From the IMG/VR virus record IMGVR_UViG_3300045988_019236, positions 1 to 40,689 of that record: 40,689 bases of DNA; one strand, 5' to 3'. A program made the translations under genes and the position numbers. The first letter of the stretch is position 1, and every line of letters begins with the position of its first letter. The notes beneath the pieces are model-generated. The model had not been told where the DNA came from, made no database searches, and was given only the letters and a program-made list of their open reading frames with translations. This stretch comes from a virus. Shown here piece after piece: positions 8,980 through 15,511 of the stretch.

Positions 8980-9406
8980 CTTCCATCTCCTTCGCTAACT
9001 CTTTCAGGCTCCTGCTCAAATCGTCTTCTTTCGCCGTATCCCCCGGCGCACCGCCTATAGCCGCCCATTTGTCAATCAGTGTGCCGATCGCCGTGGTGAT
9101 TTGTGCGGGGCTTGCATCCGCCAGCTTTCCCGGCTCATTTAGCGCCTGTAGCCCCTTGCTGATGATCTCGCACACCATGCCACGCTGTGCTTCCATGTAT
9201 GCCAGAATATCAGCGGTATCTTGCTCCTTTTTTCGTTTCGCCTTTTCCGTGAAATCGTCGCATTTAAGTACAATTCGCTTTACGCTATCATCGGAAACGC
9301 CGTTTGCTCTCGCTGTGGCGCTGTAGTTGCCTAGCCGCAAATAATCGGCAATAATTTTCTTCTTTTTCTTATCCGTTATTCGCTCAGCCATAGCACCACC
9401 GCTCAT
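8969..9406 (-). CDS. terS: Terminase small subunit (N-terminal HTH)
   Basis: 145 aa, the first gene of the packaging block. N-terminal HTH-like segment (KKIIADYLRLGNYSATARANGVSDDSVKRIV) and an acidic C-terminus. An alternative start lies at 9388. Confidence 0.65.
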   Translation of the reverse strand: MSGGAMAERITDKKKKKIIADYLRLGNYSATARANGVSDDSVKRIVLKCDDFTEKAKRKKEQDTADILAYMEAQRGMVCEIISKGLQALNEPGKLADASPAQITTAIGTLIDKWAAIGGAPGDTAKEDDLSRSLKELAKEMEDGG

Positions 9407-9490
9407 ACAAAATAATTGGCGCGAGGCCGATTCAAACGGCCTTCTGTTGGGGAGAGGGTACCCGACTCGTTATCTACCGCGCCATGCAAA

Positions 9491-9520
9491 AAGAGGCTTA
9501 GGAACAATCCCAAGCCTCTT
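9491..9520. terminator. Bidirectional terminator-like hairpin between the late regulator and terS
   Basis: 12-bp stem with 1 mismatch (aagaggcttagg/cccaagcctctt) and a 6-nt loop. An A-run lies on one side and a T-run on the other. Confidence 0.45.
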
Positions 9521-9587
9521 GCGCTTTTTCTTTTTTACCAGTATAGCACATTCAAACCGAAAAATCGTCTCATTTTTTTCTCATTTT

Positions 9588-10025
9588 TCAGCTTTCAGTC
9601 TGCCCATACAGGCATAGCGTGAAATGTCGTAGTGCTGAATCCCGGCGGCGGTAAACCTGAGCTTTTTCAACTCCAAGTTCTTCACACAGGGCATCGACGT
9701 TGCCTCTAGCCGGGCTTATGAAAAATCTGCTCAGTATCTTCTTTTCATCGACGCTAAGCGATTCAAGCCCGGAATCCACAAGCGACACCCATTTTCTCGC
9801 CTGTTCCAGCGAACGCGCCAGTTCCTCGCGGTGAACGATATTCGATAGCATCACGTCTTCCCGGCCGGAGCCACCGCCGCTTACCGGCGTACCGTCAGCC
9901 GTGGCGCTTCGGATACTCTGCATAGCGGATTCCAGCCGCGCCATTTCTTCGGGAATGCTTTTCAGGGACTGTTTCTTTGCACTGTACTCCTTTAACTTTT
10001 CAATGGCCTCATACTTCCAGTTCAT
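9588..10025 (-). CDS. Putative late-gene transcriptional activator (sigma-70 region-4-like HTH; ArpU/RinA-type position)
   Basis: 145 aa, the last gene before the packaging module. C-terminal segment LSVDEKKILSRFFISPARGNVDALCEELGVEKAQVYRRRDSALRHF resembles sigma region 4. Confidence 0.6.
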   Translation of the reverse strand: MNWKYEAIEKLKEYSAKKQSLKSIPEEMARLESAMQSIRSATADGTPVSGGGSGREDVMLSNIVHREELARSLEQARKWVSLVDSGLESLSVDEKKILSRFFISPARGNVDALCEELGVEKAQVYRRRDSALRHFTLCLYGQTES

Positions 10026-10052
10026 TCCGTTCCTCCTTGTGTATCTTATTAA

Positions 10053-10120
10053 ATCCCTGTATAGATATACACAATACGCACAAGATATAAGATTATATTT
10101 AATATATACTATACAGGGAT
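10053..10120. promoter_or_regulatory. Perfect 12-bp inverted repeat (ATCCCTGTATAG ... CTATACAGGGAT) flanking a 44-bp AT-rich spacer, upstream of the late regulator gene
   Basis: The arms are 10053-10064 and 10109-10120. The element fills most of the 99-bp gap between 10125..10307 and 9588..10025. Confidence 0.6.
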
Positions 10121-10124
10121 AAAG

Positions 10125-10307
10125 CTATAATATTAAATTCCGTCTCCTGTTCTCCGTCTTCTCCCTCCTTACGGTGCAATCCTTCCCGGGATGGCAAGGC
10201 CGCTTTTCCCCGCGGACGAATATGTAATTGCAGCACTTTCCGCCATCGTGGTACCCGAAGAAATACCGACACCCGACGCAATACTTCCTGCCGTCCTTGT
10301 ACTCCAC
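10125..10307 (-). CDS. Small Cys-rich hypothetical protein
   Basis: 60-aa ORF with a GTG start and 8 Cys (CVGC, CC, C, C). The competing ATG frame gives a Ser/Gly/Ala-rich off-frame-like product. Confidence 0.4.
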   Translation of the reverse strand: MEYKDGRKYCVGCRYFFGYHDGGKCCNYIFVRGEKRPCHPGKDCTVRREKTENRRRNLIL

Positions 10308-10324
10308 ATTACCGCCCCATTTCC

Positions 10325-10618
10325 TTATCCCGCGTCAGCCGCCGCTTTCCTGTCACGGTATCTCCTTTTAGCGGCTCTCTGAGCGTGGGCTTTCTGGCAT
10401 TCAAAACTGCAATAGATTTTCTGCTTGATCTTGCCCTGCGTGAATTCCTTCCCGCACTGGGGGCAGATTTTAGAAATGCCCTGCGGGGATTCCACATCCT
10501 CCACATCGGCCTGAATTGGCGGGTTGTATCCGTGCATTGCCATGTACTTCCCGTAGCTCGTCCCGGCCTTCTGGGCGGCTATGGAGCACAGGGTGAGATA
10601 GTCCGGTTTCTTGCTCAT
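10325..10618 (-). CDS. Zn-ribbon hypothetical protein
   Basis: 97 aa with CPQC...CSFEC. The ATG forms an ATGA overlap with the upstream small ORF, and GGAGGGA serves as RBS. Confidence 0.6.
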   Translation of the reverse strand: MSKKPDYLTLCSIAAQKAGTSYGKYMAMHGYNPPIQADVEDVESPQGISKICPQCGKEFTQGKIKQKIYCSFECQKAHAQRAAKRRYRDRKAAADAG

Positions 10619-10746
10619 GATTCCCTCCGATCACAAACTCTTACAATCCGATCACAAATTCTTACAATATCGGCAATGTAATTTGCCTCGTTCCGGGAAA
10701 GCAGAAGCTTCCCCATCAGCAGTTTGATAAAGCGCTTACGTGTCAT
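10615..10746 (-). CDS. 43-aa protein MTRKRFIKLLMGKLLLSRNEANYIADIVRICDRIVRVCDRRES (not in the ORF track)
   Basis: ATG at 10746, with AGGAGA upstream, overlaps the end of the previous gene. The TGA overlaps the ATG of 10325..10618. It contains a 21-bp tandem duplication (10627-10647 / 10648-10668). Confidence 0.5.
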   Translation of the reverse strand: MTRKRFIKLLMGKLLLSRNEANYIADIVRICDRIVRVCDRRES

Positions 10747-11116
10747 GCGTAGCTTTTCTCCTTTCTCCGTAGCTGCAAAAGCCGTTCATTTCCACGCAAA
10801 CAGCCTCGCCCTTGTAACCTCTGGCATTTGGGTAAGGCTCGGTATGCAGCATACACATAGGGTTTTCGTCTCCCTGCCGGTGGATGCAGTCCCGACAGCG
10901 GACGACATGGAGCGTTTCAATGAACCCGTCTGCGAAGCCTGCATCATACCCCGCCTTGTACTGCCCCCTATCATATTTCAGGGCTTTCAGAAGTTCTTCC
11001 CGATTCACCCGGATACCAATTTTTATGATCGCCTGTACTACGGCATCTCCGATAGCATCCTGGAAGTCGCTTAAATTCAAGCTGGCAGGTGGTGTGTAGC
11101 CGTTAAGTTCTTCCAT
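10736..11116 (-). CDS. Hypothetical protein with a C-terminal Cys cluster (VVRCRDC ... FCSYGERR)
   Basis: Lies within track ORF 10736..11290. The ATG at 11116 has AAGGTGG 6 nt upstream (alternative ATG at 11122). Its C-terminal domain is paralogous to that of 11103..11411. Confidence 0.6.
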   Translation of the reverse strand: MEELNGYTPPASLNLSDFQDAIGDAVVQAIIKIGIRVNREELLKALKYDRGQYKAGYDAGFADGFIETLHVVRCRDCIHRQGDENPMCMLHTEPYPNARGYKGEAVCVEMNGFCSYGERRKATHDT

Positions 11117-11411
11117 TTTCATCCACCTTTCGCTCCCCATAACTGCAAAAATCCGTGACATAGACAGGTGCCGGGGCTGTGGCGTGCATATCCTTGTTTT
11201 CACACATGATGCAGTCTGGATAGCCCCCATCGTCCGGACGTACTCCTCTTGAGAACCGGCATTCTCCGCAGCGAACCACGGGCACGGCATCCACTGTATC
11301 AGCCCGGTTTATCAGCATCACAATGTTTTCCACTGTCAGATATGTTGTGTTCCATCCTGTGCAAAATGCTATTATTCTTTGCTTAATGGTATCAGCATCA
11401 ATCAACCGCAT
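11103..11411 (-). CDS. Hypothetical protein with a C-terminal Cys cluster (VVRCGEC ... FCSYGERK)
   Basis: 102-aa ORF with an AGGAGG RBS. Confidence 0.65.
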   Translation of the reverse strand: MRLIDADTIKQRIIAFCTGWNTTYLTVENIVMLINRADTVDAVPVVRCGECRFSRGVRPDDGGYPDCIMCENKDMHATAPAPVYVTDFCSYGERKVDENGRT

Positions 11412-11562
11412 AAAAATCCTCCTTCCTCGGCATCCCTTTCAGCCACCGTCTGACGGCAAAGAACCGAATGCGTGACGGCTGATTCTTCGCCCACCGCTCA
11501 ATAGCGGCGGCGTAAGCAATTCTAGCGTTAAGACGCTGACGGTGTTCTCGCTTTTCACTCAT
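11398..11562 (-). CDS. 54-aa basic protein MSEKREHRQRLNARIAYAAAIERWAKNQPSRIRFFAVRRWLKGMPRKEDFYAVD (not in the ORF track)
   Basis: The ATG at 11562 forms an ATGA overlap with the stop of 11559..11783, and GGAGGAGG lies upstream. The stop overlaps the start of 11103..11411. Confidence 0.5.
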   Translation of the reverse strand: MSEKREHRQRLNARIAYAAAIERWAKNQPSRIRFFAVRRWLKGMPRKEDFYAVD

Positions 11563-11783
11563 TCCCCTGCACCTCCTCCGGCAGCTATCGTGGATTTTAC
11601 AGGATTAACCTTAACAATCTTGTATTCCGCTCTACGTTTTTTACCGCTGATTTCTGCTGTATGTTCTGATACTTTTGTAATTTTCCCATGCTCTAAGCTG
11701 GCAGAAGTTCCGTTGTAGTTCAAAAATACAACATCGTCTCCAATGCTTAATTCATTTCCCAAAAAATCATGTGCCATTTTCAC
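11559..11783 (-). CDS. Hypothetical protein
   Basis: 74-aa ORF in the gene series. It overlaps the upstream gene's end. Confidence 0.6.
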   Translation of the reverse strand: MKMAHDFLGNELSIGDDVVFLNYNGTSASLEHGKITKVSEHTAEISGKKRRAEYKIVKVNPVKSTIAAGGGAGE

Positions 11784-12018
11784 CCTCCAAATCCATCTTC
11801 GCCCCGCAGTTGGGGCAGTAATTAAATCTGTGCCTTGCGGTATGTTTGCCGCATAGTGAGCATTCCATCATTGTGGCGCTGTATCTCTTCCACCGCCCAC
11901 TCCGAAGCGCTTTCAACGCCTCCATACCCATCCGGCAGGCTTCATTTACCGGCTCGATGCTGTCATAATGCTCTCGGTGTTCGGGGTCGAGTATCTCAAT
12001 TGCTCGGTCAATTGTCAT
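11767..12018 (-). CDS. Small Zn-ribbon protein (C-terminus CSLCG...YCPNCGAKMDLEGENGT)
   Basis: Internal ATG at 12018 within track ORF 11767..12288. It starts 11 nt before the stop of the upstream gene. Confidence 0.6.
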   Translation of the reverse strand: MTIDRAIEILDPEHREHYDSIEPVNEACRMGMEALKALRSGRWKRYSATMMECSLCGKHTARHRFNYCPNCGAKMDLEGENGT

Positions 12019-12349
12019 TTGTTTCGTCCTCCAAATCCATTTTGGCGCCGCAGCGTGGGCAATATCGATACGCCTCAACAAACTTCGCAAAATATTCTTT
12101 CGCTGTTTTTCCATGCCACGTTGTATCAAACAGGCCTTTGCACTTACTGCACCAGGCAACCGAATAATCGTTTTTCTTGTGCTCCCACCGCCCATGCCGC
12201 ACCGGCTCCAGATCGGCGGCGGGAAGCCCCTCAATTTCGATTGCAATGCAATCTGCCAACCCAGTGTGCCGCCCAAGCACAGAGCCATTCACAAGCCCGT
12301 ACTTTTGGGCAATTTTTACCGCCGCTTCTCGGCTGATATAATCACTCAT
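12008..12349 (-). CDS. Small Zn-ribbon protein (C-terminus CSKC...YCPRCGAKMDLEDETNDN)
   Basis: ATG at 12349 with GGAGGA upstream, forming an ATGA overlap with the stop of 12346..12879. Its C-terminal tail is paralogous to that of 11767..12018. Confidence 0.65.
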   Translation of the reverse strand: MSDYISREAAVKIAQKYGLVNGSVLGRHTGLADCIAIEIEGLPAADLEPVRHGRWEHKKNDYSVAWCSKCKGLFDTTWHGKTAKEYFAKFVEAYRYCPRCGAKMDLEDETNDN

Positions 12350-12879
12350 TTCAATTCCTCCACATAGCACCAACTCTGGGGCGGGCGTTTAATTGTCCGG
12401 CCATCACATTCCATTTTGGTGTAGTTGTAATAAGGGCATTCCCCACACCCAACCTCAATTTTACATAGCCCCTTGAACGCGCTCAGCAGTTTCGGCGTAT
12501 CGTAGATTTGCAACTTGGAAATGTGCCAGCCGTAGCCGGTTCCCTTTAGGTAATTCACAATTTCTTCCCGTGTCAGGCAAGCTTGCTTTTCTACGTCATC
12601 CGGTGCATGGTTGAGAGGCGCAAGCTCATAAATCCGGTCACAGGTGAACTCGCCAATGACCTTGCCATTACACCGACCAACGGTATTTGTGCGATAACTG
12701 AGCTTGTCCAGTTCCCCGCAGGATATGGAAATATAAGGGTGATCCATAGTGCAATAGATATGGCACTTGAACGGTGTTTCCAGCTTCGGGCGGGTCTTTC
12801 GCACCTCAACGGTCTTTTCATTTCTGGCAATCTTCTCGCACCACTCCGGGCGGATGCTGATAAGTACCGCTTTAGCCAT
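12346..12879 (-). CDS. ASCH (PUA-like) domain protein with a C-terminal Cys cluster
   Basis: The start MAKAVLISIRPEWCEKIARNEKTVEVRKTRPK is typical of ASCH proteins. The ATG at 12879 has GGAGGG upstream. The track ORF extends to 13107. Confidence 0.6.
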   Translation of the reverse strand: MAKAVLISIRPEWCEKIARNEKTVEVRKTRPKLETPFKCHIYCTMDHPYISISCGELDKLSYRTNTVGRCNGKVIGEFTCDRIYELAPLNHAPDDVEKQACLTREEIVNYLKGTGYGWHISKLQIYDTPKLLSAFKGLCKIEVGCGECPYYNYTKMECDGRTIKRPPQSWCYVEELK

Positions 12880-13141
12880 GTTCCGCCCTCCGGTTCCATG
12901 CTTCAGCAGCTTGTTCTTCCGTTTCGTAAATATACACACGGCCCAAAATCCCGCCATCGCACTCATAGCTTGCAATCGGGCATTCCGGGTTTTCCTCGTG
13001 AGCGTGGTGAAGCATAAAGCCAAGCCCACTATAGGGATGTTCTCTATATGCCTCATCATGCAGATTTCCTTCGTCATCGCACAGAACAATGCTAACTTTA
13101 CCACCACAAAACGGGCAAGGCTTCAATTTGATTTCGTCCAT
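12872..13141 (-). CDS. Lar-family restriction-alleviation-like Zn-ribbon protein
   Basis: N-terminal KLKPCPFCGG and C-terminal EEQAAEAWNRRA, both hallmarks of the Lar family. Confidence 0.6.
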   Translation of the reverse strand: MDEIKLKPCPFCGGKVSIVLCDDEGNLHDEAYREHPYSGLGFMLHHAHEENPECPIASYECDGGILGRVYIYETEEQAAEAWNRRAEHG

Positions 13142-13197
13142 TGTTACCTCCTCATCCCTAAAATCTGGTCAATCACAGCCATACATTCGGCTACCAT

Positions 13198-13521
13198 CTA
13201 TTTGGTTGTCCACCTCTTACAGTTCCAGATATCCAGAAACGGAAGATTTCCAGAATAATCCATACTATGTGCGTAATCCCACCCCAAGAAATTTCCTTCG
13301 TGGTCAACCGTTGCCAGATGGTCGCTGTGATATGTAATACCTCCATGGCAATCAATATCACGCTCGTTGGTCGCGTATAATCCTAGCGGCGCAATGTCTA
13401 TGTAAGCGCAAGGGTGCGTGCCTAAGCTCAGAACGTAAAACGGTACACCACGATGAACTCCATCCGCCAGCCGTACCGGTGGAATCCTGTTTCCCTGATA
13501 AATCATTTCCTTCATATTCAT
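13198..13521 (-). CDS. Hypothetical protein
   Basis: ATG at 13521 with GGAAGGAG upstream. The track ORF extends to 13692. Confidence 0.6.
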   Translation of the reverse strand: MNMKEMIYQGNRIPPVRLADGVHRGVPFYVLSLGTHPCAYIDIAPLGLYATNERDIDCHGGITYHSDHLATVDHEGNFLGWDYAHSMDYSGNLPFLDIWNCKRWTTK

Positions 13522-13558
13522 GTTATCTCCTTCCCGCCCGGGTTGCCCCGGGCTTGTG

Positions 13559-14128
13559 TTATCCCCGCTGTTCCGCCATAGGTAGACAAACTGTATGATT
13601 TGTAACTTTTCTCGCCCACTCGATAAATTCCCTTTGATCCATATTGTTTTTGGCTCTGTTGCATATTTTGCAGCACGGAACAACATTATCAATGAAGTAT
13701 CCTCTTGAACTGTCGGTGCGGTCTATTCCATTGTGGTCATATCCCTCTTTGCAATTTTTCGTTACTTTGTGATTACTATTTATTGTTCCACAGTAAAAAC
13801 ACGGCTGCTGAATGAGGCGCTCGACATCTTCGTAAGATAATCCCCATGCAAGCCCTCTGTCTCTTGCGTGACGCTTATATTGGAGTATGATATGGTTAAT
13901 AACTCCTCGATTATTTGGCAGCCTGCTTTGCTTTGGCAGGCATCCACAAGATTTTGTGTTTCCACTTTTAAGATTGTGCCCAAGTACAGAAACCTCGTTC
14001 CCACAATCGCACTTGCAAAGCCACCTTCTTTCGGTCGTCCCACAAGGCTTTTTATGTACGCCGTCCTGTCTCAAAATCACAAGTTTCCCAAACCTATCTC
14101 CAACTTGAAATGCCATCCGTGAACTCAT
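13559..14128 (-). CDS. HNH endonuclease
   Basis: N-terminal CxC...CGC cluster, and HNGIDRTDSSRGYFIDNVVPCCKICNRAKN in the C-terminal half. An alternative start lies at 14113. Confidence 0.7.
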   Translation of the reverse strand: MSSRMAFQVGDRFGKLVILRQDGVHKKPCGTTERRWLCKCDCGNEVSVLGHNLKSGNTKSCGCLPKQSRLPNNRGVINHIILQYKRHARDRGLAWGLSYEDVERLIQQPCFYCGTINSNHKVTKNCKEGYDHNGIDRTDSSRGYFIDNVVPCCKICNRAKNNMDQREFIEWARKVTNHTVCLPMAEQRG

Positions 14129-14759
14129 CTCTTATGTCACCTCCATACTGTTCGGCCATAGCTTTTGCAATCCCGGGGAAGGTCTTGCTTCGCTCTTTTG
14201 CGTGATTGCTACCCAACCACCATATCCTGGCTCTTTCTTTTTCGGGGAGCGTCATCATGTACTCATGCACATTGTCCGTTTCCTGTAACAGCGGAAGATT
14301 TTTAAGCCACAAAGCCGTCTTTTTCTGCTCAGGATGACCGAATTGCCATGGATTGATGATTTGATCGGGTTTGCGATAGAGCGAACTCATAACACAAATC
14401 GGATTTTCTATTGCGATTTTTTCAACATCCGCTTCTGCGAACTTCAAGAAAAAAGCGGCGGCTTCATATTTCAAACTGAGAGGTTTAACCCCTTCCTTAA
14501 ACCATCTTGCACCTGACACCGACAAGTGGGTACACGGCGGGTGCGCAATCAGCAAATCCCACTTCCCAACATCATGCGTCTGCCCGTCCATGGTGACGAT
14601 TGTGCCGCCCTTGATGGCTTCCAGAGCGTCACCCAAAATATGCCACTCCGGGTGTCCGCCGGACGGCTCCTGAATATCGCAGGAGTATGCCTCATGCCCC
14701 CGCGCCCGGAACGCCTTGCACACGGTTTGCGATTCCTCGCAGGCTATCAAAACTCGCAT
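14094..14759 (-). CDS. Short DNA (cytosine-5) methyltransferase-like protein
   Basis: Contains MRVLIACEESQ..., AHPPCTHLSVSG (a PPC motif-IV-like block), IENP (ENV-like) and FPGIAKAMAEQ. The family assignment is from memory only. Confidence 0.45.
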   Translation of the reverse strand: MRVLIACEESQTVCKAFRARGHEAYSCDIQEPSGGHPEWHILGDALEAIKGGTIVTMDGQTHDVGKWDLLIAHPPCTHLSVSGARWFKEGVKPLSLKYEAAAFFLKFAEADVEKIAIENPICVMSSLYRKPDQIINPWQFGHPEQKKTALWLKNLPLLQETDNVHEYMMTLPEKERARIWWLGSNHAKERSKTFPGIAKAMAEQYGGDIRDEFTDGISSWR

Positions 14760-14761
14760 TT

Positions 14762-15199
14762 TTAGTAGTCACCTTCATTCCTCTTATCAAACTCCACGTT
14801 GATCTTCGGCACCCACGTATTGCTCAATGCACTTTCCACGCCCGTAAAAAAGCTATCGACAAATTTTGTGTAATTAACTTTTTTAGCCAGCTCCGCTCTG
14901 ATTGCCTGTGTAATTTCCGGTTTGCGTTCGTTTACAAGTGCTTGCAATTCCTCACGAGTGATTTCCTCAATCGCTCGCCTCACGTGGAACTCCAACAATG
15001 TATATTTATTATCATTGGAATAGCTAGAAACTTTCCCGTTTTTATCAACTTTCGTAGACAAAACCATTTTTACGATCTGGCTCACGATTTCGTTTTTCCC
15101 GTTTAAGGATTCCGAAATTCCCATCATAACGGTTTGCTTTACCGCTTCCGCCAAATAATCCTGATCGATGCTCAAGTCCAATCCTACAATATTCGCCAT
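14762..15199 (-). CDS. Hypothetical protein
   Basis: 145-aa ORF with an RBS. It is followed 3 nt later by the next gene. Confidence 0.65.
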   Translation of the reverse strand: MANIVGLDLSIDQDYLAEAVKQTVMMGISESLNGKNEIVSQIVKMVLSTKVDKNGKVSSYSNDNKYTLLEFHVRRAIEEITREELQALVNERKPEITQAIRAELAKKVNYTKFVDSFFTGVESALSNTWVPKINVEFDKRNEGDY

Positions 15200-15310
15200 T
15201 TTAATTTCCTTTCTGTTTTCCTTTATTCCCCCGAGGGACTTTCCCCCACCGGGGCGGGGTGCAATTCTTCACCGGCTTGAAACAGCCGTACATTTTCGCC
15301 TTGCTCATGC

Positions 15311-15511
15311 TCAAAAACGATCCCCTCTCTCAAAAAATTGGCGTCGTTTTTTGTGGCTCCCAATTGATTTCATGATGTTTTCGTTCCAATTCGCTACGAA
15401 ATATGCTTCCCATGCCTTGCAGCCGTCCCCGTTGGTGGGGCAATCGTCCCGCGTGCAGTTCCTGCAAAATGGGCTTGCAGAATCGATGTACTGGCCGGGT
15501 TTTTCTCTCAT
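15311..15511 (-). CDS. Small Cys-containing hypothetical protein
   Basis: 66 aa. The ATG forms an ATGA overlap with the stop of the replication gene. Confidence 0.5.
   Translation of the reverse strand: MREKPGQYIDSASPFCRNCTRDDCPTNGDGCKAWEAYFVANWNENIMKSIGSHKKRRQFFERGDRF

Noticed and set aside
10099-10281. An alternative 60-aa minus-strand ORF, and a 49-aa ATG-initiated frame, overlapping 10125..10307
   Set aside because: Both give Arg/Ser/Gly/Ala-rich off-frame-like products. The GTG-initiated Cys-rich frame is the most protein-like, although it is itself only moderately supported.
10627-10668. A 21-bp tandem repeat as a non-coding iteron or regulatory site
   Set aside because: The repeat lies entirely inside a translationally coupled 43-aa ORF and keeps the reading frame (a 7-codon duplication). 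A coding duplication is the simpler explanation.
15201-15308. A 35-aa Lys/Gly-rich ORF (MSKAKMYGCFKPVKNCTPPRWGKV...) filling the 15200-15310 gap
   Set aside because: It has no RBS, its composition looks non-protein-like, and it overlaps a GC-rich segment that may be structural. The evidence is insufficient.
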